Source of the DNA: Fimbriimonadia bacterium
Lineage (GTDB): Bacteria > Armatimonadota > Fimbriimonadia > Fimbriimonadales > JABRVX01
Reading direction: 5' to 3'
Length of the DNA: 64,000 nt
Assembly (NCBI GenBank): GCA_041483895.1
Contig: JBGPGO010000007.1
Coordinates: 32,001 to 96,000, forward strand
The notes under the pieces were generated by a model that was not told where the DNA came from, did no database searches, and worked only from the letters and a program-made list of their open reading frames with translations. The translations under genes and the position numbers were made by a program. This document shows positions 39,617 to 48,274 of the stretch, piece by piece; position 1 is the stretch's first letter, and the number at the start of each line of letters is the position of its first letter.

Positions 39617-40441
39617 ATGGCGGCCCCGATCCTCGTTGGCGCGGTCGTATATGACCCCAAGGTAGTGTTGATCTGGGAAATCATCAAGGACTTCTTCGAA
39701 CAGAACGATTGCGCGATGGACACCGTGTTCTACAGCAACTATGAGTTGCAGGTCGAGTCTTTGTTGAAGAACCAAATCCATATCGCGTGGAATTCACCTC
39801 TCGCTTGGCTGGACGCCCAGCGACAATCAGGCGGGCATTGCCGTGCGATTGCCATGCGGGACACCGACCGGGACCGTGTCTCTCATATCGTCGCCCAGAA
39901 GCAAAGCGGTTTCACCAACCTTGGTGATCTTCGCGGCAAGACATTCGCCACGGGAGCGAAAGACTCTCCACAATCAACTCTTATCCCAACCGGACTGATG
40001 CAGCGGAACGGTCTGAACCCGGGAGTGGATTTCCAGGTCCGAAGATTTGATGTGCTTGTCGGAAAGCACGGGGATCACATTGGGGGGGAGCTGGACGCTT
40101 TGAAGTCCCTCCAAACCGGGGAAAGCGATGCCTGCGCTCTGCTGGACCTCAACTGGCAGAGGTGGAAGACCGACGGAACGGCCGATCCGTCGAAATTGGC
40201 CGTGATCGCGACCACCGATCGGTTCGATCACTGTGTTTTCACAGTCGGCAAGGAGTTCCCACAGGACGATCAAGAACGGTGGCTCACAGTGCTGCACGCG
40301 ATGAGCTACGACAATCCCGACCACCGCGAAATGATGGATATGGAGGGTCTTAAACAGTGGCTCCCGGGCCGGACGACACAGTTCACGGCGCTGACGGAGG
40401 CGGTGGAGAGGCAGGGCTTCTTCGAAGGGAGCTCATCATAG
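39617..40441 (+). CDS. PhnD/phosphonate-binding-fold protein without signal peptide
   Basis: IHIAWNSPLA, DLRGKTFATGAKDSPQSTLIP; no N-terminal hydrophobic leader. Confidence 0.75.
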   Translation: MAAPILVGAVVYDPKVVLIWEIIKDFFEQNDCAMDTVFYSNYELQVESLLKNQIHIAWNSPLAWLDAQRQSGGHCRAIAMRDTDRDRVSHIVAQKQSGFTNLGDLRGKTFATGAKDSPQSTLIPTGLMQRNGLNPGVDFQVRRFDVLVGKHGDHIGGELDALKSLQTGESDACALLDLNWQRWKTDGTADPSKLAVIATTDRFDHCVFTVGKEFPQDDQERWLTVLHAMSYDNPDHREMMDMEGLKQWLPGRTTQFTALTEAVERQGFFEGSSS

Positions 40442-41589
40442 AACGGTTACCTCTTTTTCCGGTCACCACAGTTGGCAGCTGGCCACGTTCGCAAGAGTTG
40501 CTCCGGGCGTTCCGGCTAAAGCAACGGGGAGAGATGAGTGCTGCCGCCTTCGATCAGATTGCCGATGTCGCAGTCCGAGAGGTTCTTAGGTTGCAAGACG
40601 AAGCGGGAGTGGACATTGTTACGGATGGAGAGCAGCGGCGCGACAACTTCTATTCGTTTGTGGCGGAGAAACTCGACGGCGTCAAGCTAATGTCCCTCGC
40701 GGAGATGCTGGACCTCGTTGATGATAAGGCAGGCTTCGAGAAGATCCTACAGACCCTCGACGTCCCCGCCTATTCCATCAAGAATCCCACCTGCGACGGC
40801 AAGATCGCTCGGCGCATGCCGCTCGCACTCGACGAATATCTATTCCTGCGCCGGCATACCGACAAGCCGATCAAAGTAACGCTTCCCGGCCCCTATCTGC
40901 TCACCCGGGCTATGTGGGTTCCCGAGGTGAGCCGAGAGTTCTATGATTCCAAGGAGGATTTGGCGGAGGATGTGGTGACAATCCTGCGGCATGAGCTGAC
41001 GGACCTCATGGATGCGGGAGCCACTTTCGTCCAGTTCGACGAGCCGGTGCTGACTGAGCTGATGTTCACGCAGGGTCAGACGCGCACGTTCATGTGCGCC
41101 GCGCTCGCGTCAAGAAACGATCCGGCGGAAGAGCTGGAATTCGCGGTTGGCCTGATCAACCGCGTCGCCGAGGGCGGTGAAGGGCTGCGGATTGGGTTGC
41201 ATGTATGCCGGGGGAACTGGAGTCGAAATGAGGAGACGCTTCTTCGAGGCTCTTACCACCCGCTCGTCTCGTACTTTGACAGGATGCACGTCCAGCAGTT
41301 CGTGCTCGAATATTCGACGCCGCGCGCCGGCGAACTGGTCGCGATTGACGGGAAGGAGATCGGCCTCGGGGTCGTCAATCCACGCACATCGGAGGTGGAG
41401 ACGGTTGATCAGATCGTCGCGAGAGTTCGAGCGGCCATGGACATTATTCCGGTGGAGCGCATGTTCCTCAATCCGGACTGCGGCTTTGGGACATTCTCCG
41501 CCCGTCCGATGAATGACACGGAGACGGCAACCCGGAAGATGAAGGCCATTGGGAGAGCCGCACAGGCATTGAGAGAGGGCGTCGCATAG
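40438..41589 (+). CDS. Cobalamin-independent methionine synthase II family protein (single-barrel MetE-like); start uncertain
   Basis: TTVGSWPR, DIVTDGEQRR, VQFDEP; Zn ligands HVC and NPDCG. Confidence 0.9.
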   Translation: MERLPLFPVTTVGSWPRSQELLRAFRLKQRGEMSAAAFDQIADVAVREVLRLQDEAGVDIVTDGEQRRDNFYSFVAEKLDGVKLMSLAEMLDLVDDKAGFEKILQTLDVPAYSIKNPTCDGKIARRMPLALDEYLFLRRHTDKPIKVTLPGPYLLTRAMWVPEVSREFYDSKEDLAEDVVTILRHELTDLMDAGATFVQFDEPVLTELMFTQGQTRTFMCAALASRNDPAEELEFAVGLINRVAEGGEGLRIGLHVCRGNWSRNEETLLRGSYHPLVSYFDRMHVQQFVLEYSTPRAGELVAIDGKEIGLGVVNPRTSEVETVDQIVARVRAAMDIIPVERMFLNPDCGFGTFSARPMNDTETATRKMKAIGRAAQALREGVA

Positions 41590-41901
41590 CCTGTCGAAGG
41601 ATGGACCGGCCGGTTGCGAGCGATACAGCACACTTGCGGTTCGGAGGCGAGGAGCGCTAATCTGTTTTTGACGCCAATCATCGACATCGTACAATAATCA
41701 GGACCGAAACTACGCGATCTCGGAACGCTCTACATCTCCCGCAACATGACGCACAGATCTCCAATAGGGTGTATAAGGCGGCGATGAGCGACAAGATGGG
41801 TTTGAAGTCCTACGCAAAGGATATCAAGCGAAGGGCGAAGGAACGGAATTAGCGTGCTCTTCTCCATGGTGGGAATATACCTCCCACAAATTCTGTCTCC
41901 A

Positions 41902-41929
41902 GCTATCGAAAATGTCCATTATCGATAGC
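41902..41929 (-). repeat. 28-bp site S7
   Basis: GCTATCGAAAA-TGTCCA-TTATCGATAGC. Confidence 0.85.
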
Positions 41930-42067
41930 AACAAAATTGCTGAGCCCTCGAAGCGGTGCTTGCGAAGAGGTGAGATGAGAGAGATCGCCTCGTTCTTCAC
42001 GAGCGGTGCCTGCATCAAGAGGCGAGCGAAACTCCGGCGACGCGATGGTGCATTCGACATGCAGGTC

Positions 42068-45000
42068 CTACGGCCCCGTGTGCAACTCCGGCGAACCGGT
42101 CGCGACGAACCGAAGGAGTACGGTCGCGGACGCGTAGCTTCTGTGCTTGGGCAAACCGGCCACGTCGACGAACGATAGTTCCACCCCAACCGGCAAGCCG
42201 TGAAGTTCTTCCGGTCGCGGCCAGTTCCCGTCTTCCCGTGTGGTTCCGGAGCTCCCCGGTTTGAGCTCCAGCCGTGCGACCAGCTTTCGACTGGCGGTGT
42301 CCTTGGATCCCACGACCACCGACCACGGAAGACTCGGTGACGACAATCCCATCCACAGCTTCGGCTTGCCTTCCTGGGCCTGGAAATACTGTTCCGGGCC
42401 ATGGTCGCCCAGCCACGACAAGTTCTCGAACGTACGGAATATGTCGGTGTCTCCCGATCCGGCCCGAATGAGTTGGGTGGCTTTGAGTTGCTTGCGTGTA
42501 TTCCCAAGCCCCTGGATGCCGCCGATGACCGGAAAGTACACTTCGCCGATGGGAAGTTCCGTCGGATTGTCGATGTGCAGGGCGAACTGCACACCGTCGG
42601 GGGTCAATTCGATGGTCTCGGTAACGGTGACTGGATATTTCTTCCCAAGGTAGTTCCGCAGCGGACCCTTCCAAACGAGCGTCACCTTCGCGCCGTCGGT
42701 ATGGAATTCAGAAAGCTTCTGGCTGTTTCCGACGATCCAATTTGCTTCAATCGTCTGCCACGGCTCTTTGCCGGGAATCACGAGCGCGAAGCGATAGCTG
42801 CCCGCGAGTCTTGGTTCGCGAATCAACTCCAACCCGGACGCTTTGTCGCGCATGCGAGTGACTGCGCCGTTCGCGCGGCTGATCTCAACGAGACACTCTG
42901 CGTTTTCCAAGCGGATCGTCGATCCACGGACGGCATTCGGAATCGGTGGCGGCACTCCACGATAGGACGCCGAGAGGTCGGCCGTGTGGACGTCATCGAT
43001 GCACAGCATAGAATAGGTCGCGGCATCAGCATCGTCGACCGCTTCAACATACACTCGCTCTCCTTTATGCCCCAAACCATCTAGGAATGCGGTCACGAAC
43101 GAGGTCGTATTCGGGGCGTACACGCGGTCCAGTTCGGTGCCGTCCGCAAGCTTTAGCGCGATGGTGTTCCACTTCCGCGGCTTTCCGGAGCCTTGGATGG
43201 AGTTCCACCCGGATATCAAAAGTTGCACGCCGTCCCGGTCGAGCAGGAACGGTTTCGATCTCAGCAATCCCTTGGCCGCCTCTCCGGCTCCACCGCTCCA
43301 AGCCCAGCACTTCCCCCGCCAGCCGGAGTAGTACCCCCGGGAGTCGCGTGCGATGACCCAGGTCGGATCCGCCGTCCACCCGGCAAAGGCGCCAGTTTCG
43401 AATCCACCGTTCGCAGGGCGCTCCACCGGTCGTTGTGCCGCTGGCATCCGTGCGCCTCCGTCACGCCCCAGCTCTTCCACGAAGGCGATGCGCTCTGCCG
43501 GTACGACCACGTTCGCCGGCAATCGAAGGACGCAAGACGGTTCAAATGGGATGCGCACACGCGCCGCGCCGCGGAAGCCCGTGAGCGTCAGCGACGCGCG
43601 CCCAAGACCGCTGTTCGTGACCACGCACACCCGCCGGCCGGTCTTGCGGTTGCGGAAGACGTTCCAATCGAGCCCGCGTCCCGGTTCGCCCACAACGCTC
43701 ACGCCGCTTTTGCCAAGGATCTCGCCATAGAAGACCGTCTCTTGCAGGCTGTCGCGGATCCGCTTGACCTCGCGGATGTATCGTGCGAGCCCACGGAATG
43801 GTACCCAGGCGGGACTGTGACAGAAGTTCATCGGCGCGACCATGACAGTGTGCCCGCCCCGCACGGCGTTGTTTACGCCAAGGAAGTCGTAGGGTTGATA
43901 CAGGCCGAGAGTCTCGGTGTTCTCGGGGAAAACCTGCCTCGTGATGATCTGGTTCCCGACCCACCAGGTCGAGCCAGTGAATTGGAGCAACCGGTCCCAG
44001 TTGCACTCGAAGGACATTGCCCACTCCGGCCGGTACTTCCGGCAGGCTGCCATAACCTCTTTGGTCAGCAGGATTGCGCCTTCCCAGGTTGCGGTGTCGG
44101 GACTCAGCGGCACGTGGGGATTGTATTCGATTGCCGCCGGGAACATTTTGTCGACATGCACGCCGTCCGCGCCAATCGCGGCCAGCTTTGCGAATTGCCG
44201 GACAAGCATTTGTCGAACTTCGGGAAATCCGAGATCCAGCCAGGTCATCAGCTTTGGATGATCCATGCGCGCCCAAAGCGTCCCCATGCCCCAACCGGCC
44301 ATCCATGTGTACCCGCCGTTTGCGGTCATTTCTCGGTAATGTTCCAGTTCCTTCTTGTACCAATCCGATTCCACCATCGCCGGTTGGTAGTTCACAAAGA
44401 AGTAGACCTTGAGGCCCAATCTGTGGCAAGCGTGGATTCCTGCCTGCAGCTCCTTCCATGTCCCCAAACGAGGGTCCGGGGTGTAGTCGGGGTAGCCGTT
44501 GTCGTGGCCCCCCTTCTGCCAGCCGCTGATCTGGACGGCACGGAGCCCACACTGCTTCGCCGCTTTGGCCCATGCAGGGATATCCTTGAAGCGGAAATTG
44601 ATGGTCCCCTCGGGCAGCATAAACATCGTCATCAGGAAGAACGACTCCCGACGGATCCAACACCTTGAGGGCTGTGCAATGCCGAAAGCGTTCTTGAACC
44701 AACTGCGATATACGCGCCCTGCAGTACGCCAACCGCCGTCCACGAAGCGAAACACTGCGGAGGAGCCGTCAAAAGCGCCGCCCGGCTTCGTGAATGGGTG
44801 GTGTTCGATGCAGGCACACACGTCCATGCCGCCGCGTTCCATGAACCGGAACTGTTTGTACCGCGCGACGCGATCTTGGGAGGCGATATAGAGGGAACGG
44901 CCCGATGACTCGATGCATGCGAACGACATACACATCTGTCCGGGGTAAGCAAATGATGCGTCGGCGAACGGCAGCCTGAGGGGCTTCACCCATGGCGTCG

Positions 45001-45484
45001 ACGTCGGAATCCAGACCTCGGCGCTTCTCATTTCGTTTAGCCCGCCGATGAATGGGTAGGCCGCACTCTGCAGCGTACCCGGCCCGTGGTTTTGGACGCT
45101 CAGCCGGAATTGCAACTCACCAAGGCGGATGGTGACCATCATGCGCGCGCTCAGTGGTTGCTCTCCCCCCGCCGTGTCCTTGAGCGGCGACGCCCACCGG
45201 AGGGTGATCGTATTTCCGGTCCGCTCGCAGCTTGCAACGCGCTGGTCCTTGCCGAGGATGGAGACCGCCCCTTTCCCGGGGAGGTCAAGTACCAGACGGT
45301 AGTTCTCCGCGAGTCCGGCTGGGGCGGCGAGCACAGTACCTGCGATCTTGTCGCGAATGGCTGCGAAGACGCCGGTCTCCGGGTCGATGCTGAGCGCGAT
45401 CCTGCTGTCTTGGAGCTCGATAGGCTGAGCTACTACCCCGCAACCGGCGAAGAGTGCGAAAAGAACCGCCGCCTGCACGTGCAT
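42068..45484 (-). CDS. Large secreted putative glycoside hydrolase (DUF6259-like) with duplicated N-terminal domain
   Basis: Signal peptide; GWQKGGHDNGYPDY..PRLGT and GADGVHVD barrel motifs; NGGFETG carbohydrate-binding-like module. Confidence 0.6.
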   Translation of the reverse strand: MHVQAAVLFALFAGCGVVAQPIELQDSRIALSIDPETGVFAAIRDKIAGTVLAAPAGLAENYRLVLDLPGKGAVSILGKDQRVASCERTGNTITLRWASPLKDTAGGEQPLSARMMVTIRLGELQFRLSVQNHGPGTLQSAAYPFIGGLNEMRSAEVWIPTSTPWVKPLRLPFADASFAYPGQMCMSFACIESSGRSLYIASQDRVARYKQFRFMERGGMDVCACIEHHPFTKPGGAFDGSSAVFRFVDGGWRTAGRVYRSWFKNAFGIAQPSRCWIRRESFFLMTMFMLPEGTINFRFKDIPAWAKAAKQCGLRAVQISGWQKGGHDNGYPDYTPDPRLGTWKELQAGIHACHRLGLKVYFFVNYQPAMVESDWYKKELEHYREMTANGGYTWMAGWGMGTLWARMDHPKLMTWLDLGFPEVRQMLVRQFAKLAAIGADGVHVDKMFPAAIEYNPHVPLSPDTATWEGAILLTKEVMAACRKYRPEWAMSFECNWDRLLQFTGSTWWVGNQIITRQVFPENTETLGLYQPYDFLGVNNAVRGGHTVMVAPMNFCHSPAWVPFRGLARYIREVKRIRDSLQETVFYGEILGKSGVSVVGEPGRGLDWNVFRNRKTGRRVCVVTNSGLGRASLTLTGFRGAARVRIPFEPSCVLRLPANVVVPAERIAFVEELGRDGGARMPAAQRPVERPANGGFETGAFAGWTADPTWVIARDSRGYYSGWRGKCWAWSGGAGEAAKGLLRSKPFLLDRDGVQLLISGWNSIQGSGKPRKWNTIALKLADGTELDRVYAPNTTSFVTAFLDGLGHKGERVYVEAVDDADAATYSMLCIDDVHTADLSASYRGVPPPIPNAVRGSTIRLENAECLVEISRANGAVTRMRDKASGLELIREPRLAGSYRFALVIPGKEPWQTIEANWIVGNSQKLSEFHTDGAKVTLVWKGPLRNYLGKKYPVTVTETIELTPDGVQFALHIDNPTELPIGEVYFPVIGGIQGLGNTRKQLKATQLIRAGSGDTDIFRTFENLSWLGDHGPEQYFQAQEGKPKLWMGLSSPSLPWSVVVGSKDTASRKLVARLELKPGSSGTTREDGNWPRPEELHGLPVGVELSFVDVAGLPKHRSYASATVLLRFVATGSPELHTGP

Positions 45485-45740
45485 TTCGTCTGCCTCCCGT
45501 TCACGTCTTCACTTTGTCGCCGCATGGGTGACGTCCTTTATTCGGCCGGCGGGCGGTTAGCGCGTAGCATCCAACTGCCACGTGCGTCATGTTCCGATCT
45601 CGTTCTCAATCGTGAATTTGTTCAGTTTCTTGAAGGCCGCTCGTCCGATTCCCATAGCGATATGTGAATTATTATATAATCTTATTGAGACACAGCGCCG
45701 GGCGCAGAGAACGCCGGGCGCTCCAAGGAGAAGGCGAGAG

Positions 45741-47042
45741 ATGATTAACGGTACCGTTAGGTTTACCTTGGTATTTGCGGGGCTACTTGGATTCAGTGGC
45801 GGTCGGGCAGCGGGGCAAGTTCCCATCCCGGACCATATCGTCATCGTCATAGAAGAAAACCACAGCTACAACCAGATCATCGGCTCGGCGAGCGCACCGT
45901 TCATCAACGGCCTGAGAATTCAAGGCGCTTTGCTGACCAACTCGTATGGCATCACTCACCCGAGTCAGCCGAACTACCTCGCCCTGTTTTCGGGTTCGAC
46001 GCAAGGAGTGACCACCGACGCGACGCCGACCAACCTTCCGTTCACAACGCCCAACCTCGGCGCGCAGTTGCTTTCGGCTGGCATCACATTCGCGGGATAC
46101 TCGGAGGGAATGCCATCGGTCGGCTATACCGGCGACAGTGCCGGCGGTTCGGGGGGTTACCGTCGCAAGCACAATCCGTGGGTGAATTGGCAGCAAATCA
46201 GCGGCGCACCGCCTAATACGTTGCCGAGCTCGGTCAATCTCCCCTATGCGCTCTTTCCCAGCGATTTCACGCAGTTGCCAAGAGTCTCGTTTGTTATTCC
46301 CACGCAACTCCATGACATGCACGATGGCACCATCGCGCAAGGCGATACGTGGCTGAAAGACAATCTCAACAACTATATTCAGTGGTCGAAGACTCACAAC
46401 AGCATCTTCATCATGACTTTTGACGAAGACAACGGCTCCAGCGGTAATCGTATTGCTACCATTCTGGTCGGCCAATCGATTCTGGCGGGCGTGGCTTCTT
46501 CGCAAAGTGTCAATCACTACAACTTGCTCGCCACCTTGGAGGACATGACCGGCCTGCCCCGGATCGGCAATGCGGTAGGCGCCCAGGCGCTGACAGGGAT
46601 TTTCGCGGAAGCGCCTTACACGATCTCCGGCCACGTGACCCTTGCCGATTATTCGGGGAGCCCGGCTGGAGTGCCGTTTACTCTGTTTATCGAAAGCGGT
46701 AACAGTGTGGTGGATACACTCCCCACAACGCTCGATGCGAACGGAAACTACTCGGTCATGACAAGCCATCAGGGCACTTATGATGCGGTGGGCAAGGGTT
46801 CACACTGGCTAGGCGTTCGCCACACGGACGTGCCCATCACAGGACCACAGACGATCGACTTCGACTTATCGCTTAACGGAGATGCCGATGATGACAACGC
46901 GGTGAACCTGGACGACCTAAACCAGATATTCGTCCACTTCGCGGAGCTGAGCGTACCGAATGTCGACCTCGACGGTTCCGGGCAGGTCGACCTGATCGAC
47001 CTAACCTTCGTACTCATCAATTTCGGACTGGTGGGTGACTAG
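45741..47042 (+). CDS. Secreted acid phosphatase/phosphoesterase with dockerin-like C-terminus
   Basis: HIVIVIEENHS, THPSQPNYLALFSG, RKHNPW, HDMHDG, TFDED; C-terminal NGDADDDNAVNLDDL..DLDGSGQVDLIDL. Confidence 0.88.
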   Translation: MINGTVRFTLVFAGLLGFSGGRAAGQVPIPDHIVIVIEENHSYNQIIGSASAPFINGLRIQGALLTNSYGITHPSQPNYLALFSGSTQGVTTDATPTNLPFTTPNLGAQLLSAGITFAGYSEGMPSVGYTGDSAGGSGGYRRKHNPWVNWQQISGAPPNTLPSSVNLPYALFPSDFTQLPRVSFVIPTQLHDMHDGTIAQGDTWLKDNLNNYIQWSKTHNSIFIMTFDEDNGSSGNRIATILVGQSILAGVASSQSVNHYNLLATLEDMTGLPRIGNAVGAQALTGIFAEAPYTISGHVTLADYSGSPAGVPFTLFIESGNSVVDTLPTTLDANGNYSVMTSHQGTYDAVGKGSHWLGVRHTDVPITGPQTIDFDLSLNGDADDDNAVNLDDLNQIFVHFAELSVPNVDLDGSGQVDLIDLTFVLINFGLVGD

Positions 47043-47096
47043 CGACCCCTCCGGTCTCTGCGTTGGTAGGCCCGTGTTATCGAAAGTGTCTGAAGT

Positions 47097-47124
47097 CCTA
47101 TCATAAAGAACCATTATCGATAGG
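47097..47124 (-). repeat. 28-bp site S8
   Basis: CCTATCATAAA-GAACCA-TTATCGATAGG. Confidence 0.75.
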
Positions 47125-47204
47125 TCTTTGGATTGCTCGGGCCAACCGCTTGCCTGGGTCGGCGGATGGTCCGCTACTGCCACTGACGGGGATAGGCGCG
47201 TTGA

Positions 47205-47744
47205 GTGCTCCAGCGCGCGTTCCAGGCGTCTTTGACTTCCTCCTCGCCCGGATACACCTGGACGCCTTCGTACTCGGCAGGGTTGCCTTGGACGATCTCC
47301 GCGATGGCGCGTGCCTTTTTGGGTTCCATCTACGGGACGAACTGGCCAGGAGGGGTCGGCGGTGGCGCGTGCCATGATTTTGATAAGAGTGTTCTTAATT
47401 GCATGCTAAGTTTCTGCAATGGTTTGGGGTTTGTATCGTGTAACGGCCCGGGCTGTCCCGGCGCCTGTGCTTACACTTGTCTCCTACCTCTCCTGCCGAT
47501 TTGCATGATAACATTTTGTTTTCCGCAGGCTTCTCAACCGGCGAATTGTTCTGATGTTGGAGGGGACACGAGTCTAAATCCTATTTCCTTCAATTTTCTG
47601 CATGAGCTCGGCCACTGTTGCGGAGTCCAGCATGGGAACCATCCGGATTGGGCTCAGTGTAATGATATGATGAGTTGCTGCATCTTAGAAGTGATGCACG
47701 GTGTGGGAGACCCCAGCAACAAATGTGCTCGACATATACCATGA
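47205..47744 (+). CDS. Cys-rich HExxH protein, probable orphan polymorphic-toxin tip (metallopeptidase-like); 5' end uncertain
   Basis: FLHELGHCCGVQH (HExxHxxGxxH-like); many Cys; small secreted gene follows. Confidence 0.5.
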   Translation: MLQRAFQASLTSSSPGYTWTPSYSAGLPWTISAMARAFLGSIYGTNWPGGVGGGACHDFDKSVLNCMLSFCNGLGFVSCNGPGCPGACAYTCLLPLLPICMITFCFPQASQPANCSDVGGDTSLNPISFNFLHELGHCCGVQHGNHPDWAQCNDMMSCCILEVMHGVGDPSNKCARHIP

Positions 47745-47753
47745 GGAGTAGAA

Positions 47754-48242
47754 ATGAGCTTCATTCAAACCATATTCGGGATCGTTTTGGCGATGCTCAC
47801 CGCCAATTTGGGGGGACGGGAAACCTCGATGACTGGACGCACTGAGCTGGAGGGCGTCCTTTCGTTCGATAGTCAAACGGGCAACTTTCTACTGCGCTTT
47901 GAAAATAAGACGCGTGAGAACGTTGCGGTCCTTAGATGGAACTGGACATATGAGATCCGATTGTATGACAAATCCGGATCAAGATTGAAGAATGTTGTTG
48001 GGCAGGTCAATCAAGCGGCCGTCACTGATGGTGATTGGGTTGTACTCAGACCCGGCGATTCGTGCGGATTTCATCTCGCAGCATACGCCGGAAGTGCCCT
48101 TCTGGGCACATCGGGCGTATGGCGTGCCGAATGCGATATACGAAAGGACACTCTTTCCAGGCAGAAGGTTCCCGCCTTCGTCCGGCAGATGCGAGCGACA
48201 CCATTAGCTGTTCGGACGGCTTCTGCCGTGATTCGCGGATGA
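47754..48242 (+). CDS. Small secreted protein, putative immunity protein
   Basis: GAGGAG RBS, signal peptide; 9 nt after the HExxH ORF. Confidence 0.55.
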   Translation: MSFIQTIFGIVLAMLTANLGGRETSMTGRTELEGVLSFDSQTGNFLLRFENKTRENVAVLRWNWTYEIRLYDKSGSRLKNVVGQVNQAAVTDGDWVVLRPGDSCGFHLAAYAGSALLGTSGVWRAECDIRKDTLSRQKVPAFVRQMRATPLAVRTASAVIRG

Positions 48243-48274
48243 GCCAGATCGTGATGGTTCGCCATGGCTGCCGC

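Noticed and set aside
43193..44668. Long antisense or overlapping ORFs (e.g. 43193-44668, 56569-57783, 2330-3346, 6773-7726)
   Set aside because: Shadow frames of high-GC genes with clear products in another frame
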